Of a DNA stretch of 64,000 nucleotides, positions 55,612-64,000 are shown one piece after another. A program made the position numbers and the translations under genes. Source of the DNA: an uncultured Dehalococcoidia bacterium (lineage in GTDB: Bacteria; Chloroflexota; Dehalococcoidia; Lucifugimonadales; GCA-2712585); NCBI GenBank assembly GCA_958295715.1, contig OY282371.1, forward strand, positions 2,175,697 to 2,239,696. The letters run 5' to 3'. A model generated the notes under the pieces. It worked only from the letters and a program-made list of their open reading frames with translations. It was not told where the DNA came from and made no database searches. Each line of letters starts with the position of its first letter. The first letter of the stretch is position 1.

Positions 55612-56343
55612 TCATCTCCATCGTCTGGTCTCCAGGGACCTGACGGTTAGGAATAGGAACACCGCCATCAGGCTGAGGTAGTAGACCACGTTGCTGGTGT
55701 CCACGACGCCGCGGACGAAGTCGTCGAAATGGGTGGTCATGCCCAACTGCCCCACGATGGTGGAGGCAACCCCCGTCACCTGGTCGGCTCCAACCTCAAG
55801 GAAGGTCAAAAGCACAAGCAGGCCCAAAGAGGTCACCGCCGCCACTATCTGGTTGCTGGTGAGGGAGGAGGCCAGCAGTCCCACGGACATGGCGGCCCCG
55901 CCGTATAGGATTATTCCCAGATACCCGCTCAGCAGAGGCCCCATTTCCGGGTTGCCCCGCCACTCCAGCATCAACACGTACCACAGGGTCATGGCCAGGG
56001 CCGCGAGGAAGAAGGTCATGCTGGCGATGAACTTGCCCAGCACCACCTCCCAATCCCTAACCGGCGAGGTCAGCAGCAGCTCGATGGTGCCTATCTTCTG
56101 CTCCTCGGCCAGCAGCCGCATGGTCAGGACGGGGGCGAGCCACGGGAGTATAAATATGGATATCTGGCGCATAAGCCCACGAAGGCTGGCCTCGGGGAAA
56201 TTGGCCCCGGTCAGGATGGAGTCAACGCTGCGGACGAAGAAGTAGCCGGTGAGGGCGACGAACATGAGGGCGACTACGTAGGCGACGGGGCTGGTGAAGT
56301 ACCCCTTTATCTCCTTCCAAGCGATGGTCGCCGTGTTTCTCAT
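55612..56343 (-). CDS. ABC-2 family transporter permease (GldF-like)
   Basis: 243 aa, polytopic and hydrophobic. It overlaps the ATPase gene by 4 nt. Confidence 0.8.
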   Translation of the reverse strand: MRNTATIAWKEIKGYFTSPVAYVVALMFVALTGYFFVRSVDSILTGANFPEASLRGLMRQISIFILPWLAPVLTMRLLAEEQKIGTIELLLTSPVRDWEVVLGKFIASMTFFLAALAMTLWYVLMLEWRGNPEMGPLLSGYLGIILYGGAAMSVGLLASSLTSNQIVAAVTSLGLLVLLTFLEVGADQVTGVASTIVGQLGMTTHFDDFVRGVVDTSNVVYYLSLMAVFLFLTVRSLETRRWR

Positions 56344-57296
56344 ACGTTTATCTCTTCATCGGTGGTGAGCTTCAGGAAAATCTCCTCCAAGCTCATGCTG
56401 ACCAGTTGCAGATTGAGCAGGGACCAGCCGTTGCTTATCACCGTTCTGGACACCGTTGGCCGCAGGTCGAGGCCCCGCCGCGCCTGTATCTTGTAGACGT
56501 TGCGGTCGGAGTCGCCGTTGGTGGAGCAGGTGACCTCAATAACGCCCCTTATCTTCTGCAAGGCCTCAAGGGCCTCCGTCCGTGGCCCCTGGATCTCGAC
56601 CTCCAGACGCTCAACGCCCTGGAGCTTGTTCCCCAACTCCTTGGGCGTGTCCTCCGCCACGATGAGGCCCTCGTTGATTATCAGCACGCGGTTGCACAGC
56701 ATACTGACCTCGGGCAGGATGTGGGTGCTCAGTATGACGGTGTGGCTTCCCGAAAGGTCTTTTATAAGCTGTCTCGTCTCCACAACCTGAATGGGGTCGA
56801 TGCCGATGGTCGGCTCGTCCAGCACCAGCACGTCGGGCTCGTGGAGCACCGCCTGGGCAATGCCCACCCGCTGCCTGAACCCCTTGGAGAGCTTGCCGAT
56901 GTGGGTCCTGCGATAGTCCCCCAGACGGCACGCGTCTATGACCTCTCCGATACGCGTCTTGATGCGGTTCGGTTTCATTCCCCGTATGGCCCCCATGAAG
57001 GCGAGGTAGCCCTCTACGGTCATGTCGAGGTACAAGGGCACCGTCTCCGGGAGATAACCTATGTGGGAACGGGCCTGCCGCGACTTGTCCACCAGGTCGT
57101 AGCCGGCCACCGCCGCCGTCCCGTAGGTGGGGGGCAGGAAGCCGGTGATGATTCGCATAGTCGTGGTTTTGCCGGCCCCGTTGGGGCCGAGAAACCCGAC
57201 AATCTCGCCCCGCTTCACCTCAAAGCTCACGTCCTCAATGGCGAGAAAGTTCCCGTAGTACTTGGTGAGGTTCTTGACCTCCACCATGCCGGCCAT
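56340..57296 (-). CDS. ABC transporter ATP-binding protein (GldA-like)
   Basis: Walker A GPNGAGKTT, LSKGFRQR signature and Walker B LVLDEPT. Confidence 0.92.
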   Translation of the reverse strand: MAGMVEVKNLTKYYGNFLAIEDVSFEVKRGEIVGFLGPNGAGKTTTMRIITGFLPPTYGTAAVAGYDLVDKSRQARSHIGYLPETVPLYLDMTVEGYLAFMGAIRGMKPNRIKTRIGEVIDACRLGDYRRTHIGKLSKGFRQRVGIAQAVLHEPDVLVLDEPTIGIDPIQVVETRQLIKDLSGSHTVILSTHILPEVSMLCNRVLIINEGLIVAEDTPKELGNKLQGVERLEVEIQGPRTEALEALQKIRGVIEVTCSTNGDSDRNVYKIQARRGLDLRPTVSRTVISNGWSLLNLQLVSMSLEEIFLKLTTDEEINV

Positions 57297-57327
57297 GGCT
57301 TGCTACCCCGCTTTCACAAGAATGCCC

Positions 57328-57357
57328 GGCAGACGACACAAGGATTTGTTGTCTGCC
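57328..57357. repeat. Imperfect 11-bp inverted repeat (GGCAGACGACA-N8-TGTTGTCTGCC)
   Basis: Read directly. It has one mismatch and lies in the divergent region between the ABC ATPase gene and the speD-like gene. Confidence 0.7.
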
Positions 57358-57448
57358 ATAGGCACAGATGATATTCTATACTACCCGATTATGCCAAACA
57401 CGCAAAAGCGGGCTGCATTTACCACAGTTTTTTCAACGGTGATTCCAA

Positions 57449-57862
57449 TTGCATCTGCTTATCGACGGATACGGCGGCGACGTTCAGAAGATGTGGGACC
57501 AGGCGTTCCTCCACAAATTTCTAGACGAGTACCCCCCGCAACTGGGCATGACCAAGATAACCGAGCCGAGGATACTAAAATACGCCGCCCCTCAGCAAGG
57601 GGACTCCGGCCTTACCGGGTTCGTGGTGATAGCCGAGAGCCACATCAGCGTTCACACCTTCCCGGAGCGAAACTACGTTAACATCGACATCTTCTCGTGC
57701 AAGTCCTTTGACGCGGGGAAGGCCCTCCGCGACGTGGAGGGCTTCTTTGGTCTGCGCCGCGTCAAGTCGTGGGTGGTGGAACGGGGGTTGGACCACTACG
57801 ACCCCCAAATGCTGATGCCGGGGCTGGCCGTGGGATCCATCTCCGAACGCCCAGGCTCTTAG
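57449..57862 (+). CDS. Pyruvoyl-dependent decarboxylase of the AdoMetDC (SpeD/SpeH class 1b) family
   Basis: 137 aa. VIAESHISVHTFPE contains the E-S self-cleavage site motif. TTG start with a GGTGA SD. Confidence 0.8.
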   Translation: MHLLIDGYGGDVQKMWDQAFLHKFLDEYPPQLGMTKITEPRILKYAAPQQGDSGLTGFVVIAESHISVHTFPERNYVNIDIFSCKSFDAGKALRDVEGFFGLRRVKSWVVERGLDHYDPQMLMPGLAVGSISERPGS

Positions 57863-57871
57863 GAAGGCCCC

Positions 57872-58816
57872 GTGTCCACCGGCAGCGCCGCCCCCTGGAT
57901 TCCCACCAACTTTCTCGCCTTGCCGCCGGAGCAGAGCGACTTGGCAAGCTCGCGGGTGGTCCTAATCCCCATTCCCTACGACAGTTCCACGTCCTACCGC
58001 GCCGGCGCCCGCGAGGGACCCATGGCCATCCTCCGGGCCTCCTATAACCTGGAGGACTACGACCACGAGTTGGACTACGACGTATCTCAGGTGGGCATCC
58101 ACACCACGCCCCTGCTGGAACCCCACATGGGCGGGCCGCGGCTCATGGTGGAGCGGATACGGGAGACGGTTCTCGCCCTCGCCGGCGACCACCGGGACGA
58201 ACATAGAATAATCGGCGTCCTGGGCGGCGAACACACCGTGAGCATCGGGGCCGTTCAGGCCCTGGCCTCCCGGCATCGGGACATGTCCGTGCTCTACCTG
58301 GACGCCCACGGCGACCTGCGAAACGAGTACATGAGCACGCCCTGGGGCCACGCGTCGGTGGCCCGCCGCCTCCTGGAGACATGCCCCGTGGTCCAGGTGG
58401 GCGTCCGGAGCCTTTGCGAGGAGGAGGCCGGCTTCATCCGGCGCGGCGGCGCGGCCACCTTCCTTTGGGACCCCGAAGAACCCCGCCTGCCGGACTTGGA
58501 TGAACTGCTCTCCCGGCTCACCCCGGAGGTCTACGTCAGCATCGACTTAGACGCCCTGGACCCGTCTATCATGGCCGCGGTGGGAACCCCTGAGCCCGGC
58601 GGCATGAGTTGGGGCCAGATGACCGGGCTGCTGCGAAGGGTGGCGGCCCATCGTCGCATCGTCGGGTTCGACGTCACGGAGCTAAGCCCTGAGGACGGGC
58701 CGCCCTCATGCTCCTACCTGGCCGCCAAGCTGGTGTACAAGCTCATCGCCTTCTCCACCCTAGAACGGAGCAAGGCGGGCCTGGCGGCGGCCGCCGCCGG
58801 CGCGCGTCGCGGGTAG
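57872..58816 (+). CDS. speB: Agmatinase (ureohydrolase family)
   Basis: GGEHTVS, LDAHGDL and SIDLDALDP Mn-binding motifs of the arginase/agmatinase family. Confidence 0.85.
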   Translation: MSTGSAAPWIPTNFLALPPEQSDLASSRVVLIPIPYDSSTSYRAGAREGPMAILRASYNLEDYDHELDYDVSQVGIHTTPLLEPHMGGPRLMVERIRETVLALAGDHRDEHRIIGVLGGEHTVSIGAVQALASRHRDMSVLYLDAHGDLRNEYMSTPWGHASVARRLLETCPVVQVGVRSLCEEEAGFIRRGGAATFLWDPEEPRLPDLDELLSRLTPEVYVSIDLDALDPSIMAAVGTPEPGGMSWGQMTGLLRRVAAHRRIVGFDVTELSPEDGPPSCSYLAAKLVYKLIAFSTLERSKAGLAAAAAGARRG

Positions 58817-58829
58817 GCGGGAGGTAGTG

Positions 58830-59957
58830 ATGGGCGGCAGCATACGGCTGGGCAGGATTCTCGGCATCCCCCTGTGGGTGAGCTACAGCTGGTTCATAAT
58901 CCTAGCCATCGTCACCTTCCTGCTGGCCAACCAGTTCGCCCAGCGCAACCCCGGCTGGTCCACCGCCGAGCAGTGGCTTATTGGAAGCGTAACCAGCCTG
59001 CTATTCTTCGTCTCGGTCCTCGTCCACGAGCTTTCCCACAGCGTGCTCGCCATCAACCGGGGAATCCCCGTGAAGGGAATCACCCTGTTCATATTCGGGG
59101 GCATCTCCCAGATATCCCGCGAGGCCCACCGGCCACTGGTCGAGTTCATCATCGCCGGGGTGGGGCCTTTCTCCAGCTTCATTCTGGGATTCGCCTTCTA
59201 CGGCATATATCGCGGGGTGAATTCGAGCAGCGACCACCTGGGGGAGATAGCCCTCACCCTGGCCTTCATCAACTTCTCCCTGGGACTCTTCAACATGCTG
59301 CCCGGCTTCCCCCTAGACGGCGGGCGCGTCCTGCGGTCCCTCATTTGGGGGGCCACCGGCAACTACTGGCGCGCCACCCTCCTGGCGACCCGCTCCGGCC
59401 AGGGGCTGGCCATACTGATGATAGCCGGCGGGCTGGCGGCCACGGTATTCCTCCAGTGGTTTCAGGGCCTGTGGATGGCCGCCATCGGGTGGTTTCTGAT
59501 AATGGCCGCAAGCTCAAGCCTCAAGCAGTTCAAGCTGCGCCGGGCCTTGGAGGGATACCGCGTCCGCCACCTGATGACCACCCAGTGGGTCAAGGTCCCG
59601 CCGGACATTTCCCTTGAGACCCTGGCCAACGAATACGTCCTCCCAAGCCGGCAGGACTTCTACTTCGCAACCCAGGCAGACCGGTGCCTTGGGATGATAA
59701 CCTTCAAGGCCATGGCCAAGACGCCGCGTCAGGAGTGGCCCAACGTCACCGTGGCGGAGGCGATGAATCCCATAGCCGGCATCCCCTCCATATCGCCGAA
59801 CGCCGAGGCCGTCCACGCCCTCGAACTCATAGAGGAACGCGGCTTTCCCGTGGCCCTGGCGATGGATGGCGACAGGATGTTGGGCTACGTGACCCAGCGC
59901 GGCGCGCTGACCTCCATAAGCGTCCTCAGAAGAGAGGCCCGCGACCCCCTGGGCTGA
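58830..59957 (+). CDS. Site-2 protease family (M50) metalloprotease with C-terminal CBS pair
   Basis: HELSHS zinc motif, a polytopic N-terminus and two CBS-like modules at the C-terminus. The ATG at 58830 lies 5 nt after GGGAGG. Confidence 0.85.
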   Translation: MGGSIRLGRILGIPLWVSYSWFIILAIVTFLLANQFAQRNPGWSTAEQWLIGSVTSLLFFVSVLVHELSHSVLAINRGIPVKGITLFIFGGISQISREAHRPLVEFIIAGVGPFSSFILGFAFYGIYRGVNSSSDHLGEIALTLAFINFSLGLFNMLPGFPLDGGRVLRSLIWGATGNYWRATLLATRSGQGLAILMIAGGLAATVFLQWFQGLWMAAIGWFLIMAASSSLKQFKLRRALEGYRVRHLMTTQWVKVPPDISLETLANEYVLPSRQDFYFATQADRCLGMITFKAMAKTPRQEWPNVTVAEAMNPIAGIPSISPNAEAVHALELIEERGFPVALAMDGDRMLGYVTQRGALTSISVLRREARDPLG

Positions 59958-59999
59958 GGGCCAACCCCAAGCGGCCTTGTGCTACAATATGTCTTCAGC

Positions 60000-61226
60000 A
60001 TGTCTTCAACGCCTATGCCAACGGACGCCATGACAGCAGACAACCGCTTGATATACATGGACCACTCGGGAACCACTCCCCTGGATCCCAGGGCCTTGGA
60101 CGCCATGCTCCCCCATCTCTCCCACCAGTTCGGCAACCCCTCCAGCATTCACAGCGTCGGGCAGGACGCCAAGCGGGCCTTGGACGAGTCGCGAGAGACC
60201 ATAGCAGGAATACTGAACTGCCGCCCCAGCGAGGTGGTGTTCACCGGCGGCGGCACCGAGTCGGACAACGCCGCCCTCAGGGGCGTGGCCGATGCCCTGA
60301 GGCAGACGGGCAACCACGTGATAATCTCCGCCATAGAGCATCACGCCGTCCTGCACACCTGCGAATACCTGGAGAGCGCGGGCTTCGACGTGACCTACCT
60401 ACCCGTAGACCGTCACGGCCTGATAGACCCGGAGCAGGCCCTGCGGGCCATCACCAACGACACCATCATGGTATCCATCATGTTGGCCAACAACGAGATT
60501 GGGACGATTCAGCCCGTGGCCGACATCGCCCGGTTGGTGAAAGAGCGCGCCGCGTCCCTGGAACGCGCCATCGTGACCCACACCGACGCCGTGCAGGCCC
60601 CGGGGTTCCTGGACCTGGACGTGAAGCTCCTGGGCGTCGACATGCTGAGCCTCTCGGCCCACAAGTTCCACGGGCCCAAGGGCGTCGGCATCCTGTACAT
60701 CAAACGCGGGACTCCCTGGCTGCCCCAGCAGTTGGGCGGGAGCCAGGAGCGGGAGCGACGCTCCGGAACGGAGAACGTGGCCGGCATTTGCGGCATGGCC
60801 AAGGCCCTTGAGATAGCCGACTCTGAACGGGCGGCGGTGAGCGCCCACTGCGCCGGGCTTCGAGACAGGATAATCCGGGGTATCCAGGACGCCATCCCCC
60901 GCGCTCACCTCAACGGCCATCCCACCCGGCGGCTCCCCAACAACGTCAACTTCTCCTTTGAGCAGGTGGAGGGCGAACCCATCCTCCTGGGGCTGGACAT
61001 GGCCGGCATATGCGCCTCCAGCGGCAGCGCCTGCTCGTCGGGGTCCCTGGAGCCGTCCCACGTCCTGCTGGCCCTGGGACAGTCGGCGGACCTGGCCCAC
61101 GGCAGCCTGCGCCTCACCCTCGGCAGGGGCAACACCGGCGCGGAAGTGGACTATCTGCTGGCCACCTTGGGAAAACTGGTGAATCGACTGCGCCAGATGC
61201 CCTCCCTCAGCGCCACCGGTTTGTGA
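60000..61226 (+). CDS. Cysteine desulfurase (NifS/IscS class)
   Basis: [22 protein letters not shown] (PLP lysine) and SSGSACSS (catalytic Cys loop). The start is uncertain among 59979, 60000, 60015 and 60030. Confidence 0.9.
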   Translation: MSSTPMPTDAMTADNRLIYMDHSGTTPLDPRALDAMLPHLSHQFGNPSSIHSVGQDAKRALDESRETIAGILNCRPSEVVFTGGGTESDNAALRGVADALRQTGNHVIISAIEHHAVLHTCEYLESAGFDVTYLPVDRHGLIDPEQALRAITNDTIMVSIMLANNEIGTIQPVADIARLVKERAASLERAIVTHTDAVQAPGFLDLDVKLLGVDMLSLSAHKFHGPKGVGILYIKRGTPWLPQQLGGSQERERRSGTENVAGICGMAKALEIADSERAAVSAHCAGLRDRIIRGIQDAIPRAHLNGHPTRRLPNNVNFSFEQVEGEPILLGLDMAGICASSGSACSSGSLEPSHVLLALGQSADLAHGSLRLTLGRGNTGAEVDYLLATLGKLVNRLRQMPSLSATGL

Positions 61227-61234
61227 TACCTTAG

Positions 61235-61813
61235 ATGCGTATGAAGTCTCTATCGTCAAAATTGACGCGAACCACGGCGCCCGCGGGCCTAGTGGCCCTC
61301 CTCATACTAACCGCCCTCATAGCCGCCGCCTGCCTGAGCGACGCCCCCACCGCCTTGGGCCGCACCTATCAAGGCCCCATACTCCAGTGCACCCTGGGCG
61401 ACCTGGTCGTGGTGCCGCAGGTTGTCTACACGGAGGAGCCCGACGCGGAGGGCGCGGAAAATGACTACGTTATCCTGCCCTCGTCCCTCGAAAACGAACT
61501 GGTGGCCATCTTCGTGCGGGTCGACAACCACGCCGCCACCGTGGCCCTGCTGAACAACGACGCCCAGCCCGCCGAGTTGCGGATGGATAGCGGCCGGTAC
61601 TACGCCCTGAACACCGCCGAGGTCAAGGAGCCGGCCACCGGGTTCTACTCCGACGCCGACAAGGAGAGCTTCATACCCTTCATCCGAGGGGCCCAGGAGC
61701 TGCCGAAGGACTTCGGGCTGGACGGCTGGATAATTTTCGACGTTCCCAAGGGTTCCCGGGCCGAGTCCTTCAAGTGGGAGGCCGGCGGGGACATAATCAT
61801 CATCGACCTGTAG
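61235..61813 (+). CDS. Putative lipoprotein, DUF4352-like beta-sandwich
   Basis: Signal peptide with a lipobox-like LIAAAC. The overall pattern resembles DUF4352, but the family call is tentative. Confidence 0.45.
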   Translation: MRMKSLSSKLTRTTAPAGLVALLILTALIAAACLSDAPTALGRTYQGPILQCTLGDLVVVPQVVYTEEPDAEGAENDYVILPSSLENELVAIFVRVDNHAATVALLNNDAQPAELRMDSGRYYALNTAEVKEPATGFYSDADKESFIPFIRGAQELPKDFGLDGWIIFDVPKGSRAESFKWEAGGDIIIIDL

Positions 61814-61871
61814 GGGGCCGGGGCTGTTCCCCGACAGACGCCAGCGCGACGCGGCGCCGTATAATCAAATC

Positions 61872-62501
61872 ATGGCCGCCCCAGCGCCACCCCCTCCCCA
61901 AGAACCCGCCCCCTCCGACCGACGCCAACCGGTCCTTTGGCGGCGGCTGTTTCACCTCACCGCCGGAAGCGCCGCGCCGGTCCTTGGCGTATTCGCGTCC
62001 CAGGAGACGATGGTCGTACTGCTGTCGGCCCTGGCGGGAACGGCAATAGTTCTGGAAGCGGCGCGGTTCCGTCATCCCCCCCTAAACGCGGCCCTCACCC
62101 GGCTGCTGAGGCCCCTGCTGAAGAGGGGCGAGAACCGGAAGGTGACCGGGGCCACCTACATGATTATCGCCGGCCTGGGCTGCTTTCTTCTCTTCGACAA
62201 GGGCGTGGCGGTGGCCGCCCTGCTGTTTCTCTCGGTGGGAGACCCGGTGGCGGCCCTGGTGGGAAGCGCGGCGCCGGGCCGCCGGCTGTGGGGCAAGTCG
62301 CCATGGGGAACCCTGGCCATGTTTTGCGCCGGCGCCTCCATAGCCCTGGTCCTCCGGCAAGCCGGAGTGGCGGGACCTCTCGGCCCGCTTATTGTGGGAG
62401 CTTTGGCGGCGGCAATCGTGGAGGCCCTACCCCTGCCGGTGGACGACAACGCCACCGTTCCGCTTATAAGCGGCGGGGCCATGACCTTGATGAGCCTTTA
62501 G
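61872..62501 (+). CDS. Polyprenol/dolichol kinase-like (CTP-dependent) integral membrane protein
   Basis: 209 aa, polytopic. G.TYMIIA...SVGDPVAALVG resembles the phytol/dolichol kinase and CDS family region. Confidence 0.5.
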   Translation: MAAPAPPPPQEPAPSDRRQPVLWRRLFHLTAGSAAPVLGVFASQETMVVLLSALAGTAIVLEAARFRHPPLNAALTRLLRPLLKRGENRKVTGATYMIIAGLGCFLLFDKGVAVAALLFLSVGDPVAALVGSAAPGRRLWGKSPWGTLAMFCAGASIALVLRQAGVAGPLGPLIVGALAAAIVEALPLPVDDNATVPLISGGAMTLMSL

Positions 62502-62543
62502 CAACGAGACGCGGCAGGGCCGCCAAGCCCCGCCGTCCCTAGA

Positions 62544-62633
62544 CTACCACCCGGGGCGCCGCTTGCCGCACTTGCCGCAGAACACGTCGCGCAGGGGGCC
62601 GTTCTCTGCGCCGCAGAAGTCACAAGTCCACAC
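62544..62633 (-). CDS. Candidate 29-aa zinc-ribbon peptide (MWTCDFCGAENGPLRDVFCGKCGKRRPGW)
   Basis: The GTG lies 8 nt after AAGGAGG. Two CxxC pairs are present. It is below the ORF-track size cut-off. Confidence 0.4.
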   Translation of the reverse strand: MWTCDFCGAENGPLRDVFCGKCGKRRPGW

Positions 62634-62716
62634 AGAACTCACCTCCTTTCAAACATTCGCCCGGTGTCCGGACTATTGAGTCGTGGGGACGCCCGCCTTG
62701 GATAACCGGCGGCGTC

Positions 62717-64000
62717 CTACTCCTCAGGATCATAAAGCTCCTCCTGGGCCAGGCCTCGCAATAGCTTCAAATAGTCGTTCTTGGTCATGGCGGCCCGATG
62801 GTTGGCGATGACCCGGCCCGCTCCCTCGGCGCCGTCGACCAGCAGGTCAATAACCGTGTTCGCCATGGCCTTGGCCGCCGTGACCACCGCCAAGCCGTAG
62901 TCCTCAACGACGTAGTTGTTTCCGTGGCCCAGTCCAACGGCGCCGCCCACGTAGGGATGAATGGCGGGCATAATCTGACTCACGTCGCCCATGTCCGTGG
63001 AGCCTGTGCCGTGGTCCCTGCGCCCCATGCCCTCCTCGCCGACGAGGGACACGGCGTTGGCCCTGTACACGTCGTTCATGGCGGCGTCCTGGTTGAGGGG
63101 CAGGTAGCCGGGGATGGTGGTTATGCTAACCTGAGCGCCAACGGCCATGGCGCCGGCCCTCAAGGCCCGGTCGACCTTGCGGTTGGCATCGAGAATGGCC
63201 TCCACGTTGGCGCCCCTGACAAAGGTCTCCATGCGAACGTCGGCGGGCACGGCGCTGACCGCCTCGCCGCCCTTGGTTATGATGGGATGCACGCGCACGG
63301 TGTCCACGTCCTGAAAGGTCTCGCGGTTGGCGTGGATGGCCATGAGGGCAAGGGAGGCCGCGTTGAGGGCGTTGACGCCCAGATGCGGCGCGCCGCCAGC
63401 GTGAGCCGCCCGCCCCAAGAACCGTATTCGCTTGGCCACCATGCCGTTGTTGGAGCCGCTTATGGCCAAACTCTTCTCATCCGCCACGCTGGTGGTGTGA
63501 GTCATCAGGGCCACGTCCACGTCGTCGAACTCCCCCAAGCGTATCAGTTCGGACTTGCCGCCGAGGAACTCCAACCTTCCCGCGCGACGCAACTCGTCGC
63601 GGCGTTCGATTTCGATGTACTCCTCGGCGGGCACGGCGAATAGGACGACGCGGCCGCTCAGCCGGGCCAGGGTTTCCGGGGCCATCAGGCCGTAGGCCAC
63701 GCCCATGAGCATACCTATCTGGGCGTGGTGGCCGCAGGCGTGGGCCGCCGCCGTCTGCGGGTCTGCGTGGGGATGGTCCGACACTATGAGGGAGTCCAAC
63801 TCACCAAGAACCGCCACCGAAGGCCCCGGCGCCGCTCCGCGGATCTCCCCTTTGACCCCGGTGAGGGCTAGGCCGCTCCGCGCCGGGATGCCGGCCTGGG
63901 CGAAGAGGTCTTCAACCAGCTTTGCGGTCTTCACCTCACGGAACCCGGCCTCGGGGTTCTCCAATATGGTCTTGGAAACCCTGACAATCTCCTCGGCCCG
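62717..64000 (-). CDS. M20 family amidohydrolase (AbgB/aminobenzoyl-glutamate utilisation-like), 5' end outside window
   Basis: ENPEAGFRE..., HACGHH metal-binding motif and the family length. The frame remains open to the window edge upstream of the TTG at 63964. Confidence 0.8.
   Translation of the reverse strand, partial: RAEEIVRVSKTILENPEAGFREVKTAKLVEDLFAQAGIPARSGLALTGVKGEIRGAAPGPSVAVLGELDSLIVSDHPHADPQTAAAHACGHHAQIGMLMGVAYGLMAPETLARLSGRVVLFAVPAEEYIEIERRDELRRAGRLEFLGGKSELIRLGEFDDVDVALMTHTTSVADEKSLAISGSNNGMVAKRIRFLGRAAHAGGAPHLGVNALNAASLALMAIHANRETFQDVDTVRVHPIITKGGEAVSAVPADVRMETFVRGANVEAILDANRKVDRALRAGAMAVGAQVSITTIPGYLPLNQDAAMNDVYRANAVSLVGEEGMGRRDHGTGSTDMGDVSQIMPAIHPYVGGAVGLGHGNNYVVEDYGLAVVTAAKAMANTVIDLLVDGAEGAGRVIANHRAAMTKNDYLKLLRGLAQEELYDPEE

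Noticed and set aside
57328-57357. The inverted repeat GGCAGACGACA-N8-TGTTGTCTGCC considered as a rho-independent terminator.
   Set aside because: - It lies upstream of both divergently transcribed genes and has no U-tract.
- It is more likely an operator or has no function.
- It is kept only as a low-confidence repeat feature.

Overview
This is a high-GC (roughly 63-65% by eye) bacterial chromosomal segment, densely packed with housekeeping genes. I called about 65 CDS and found no rRNA, intact tRNA or CRISPR array.

Core content:
- Translation and ribosome genes: pheS, pheT, rpsP, khpA, rpmF, yceD.
- DNA repair and segregation: ruvC, ruvA, ruvB, uvrB, ftsK, udg, cinA.
- RNA metabolism and transcription: RNase J, nusB.
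- Fatty-acid genes: fabD, acpP, fabI.
- A methylmalonyl-CoA operon: mutase large subunit, acyl-CoA dehydrogenase, epimerase, B12-binding subunit.
- An F420 biosynthesis block: cofG, cofH, cofD, cofC plus an LLM oxidoreductase.
- Fe-S assembly genes: sufT, apbC, nifS/iscS.
- Polyamine genes: a speD-like gene next to agmatinase.
- Three ABC transporter loci.

The split cofG/cofH, RNase J and GldG-type ABC operon are compatible with a Chloroflexota-like organism, but taxonomy cannot be established here.

Three visibly AT-richer insertions interrupt this backbone:
- A three-gene cassette ending in a RelE-like toxin (11.4-12.9 kb).
- A four-gene same-strand locus (16.3-20.0 kb): Dam-class methyltransferase, putative restriction endonuclease, a tandem-repeat coiled-coil protein and an Mrr-like nuclease-fold protein. 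I consider this the best candidate for an undescribed defence-type module.
- A solitary PLD-family nuclease with a winged-helix-like tail (31.2-32.1 kb).

Other notable items:
- A coaE / CbbQ-NorQ AAA+ / CoA-type Nudix / 1090-aa VWA operon.
- Two clusters of mosaic palindromic repeats built on ATTCCC-N8-GGGAAT.
- A 50-bp x7 tandem array that contains both convergent gene ends.
- An 11-bp x7 array that fills an intra-operon spacer.
- A fabD gene with no canonical start codon.
- Several apparently leaderless starts.

All functional calls rest on motif recognition by eye. No searches were run.
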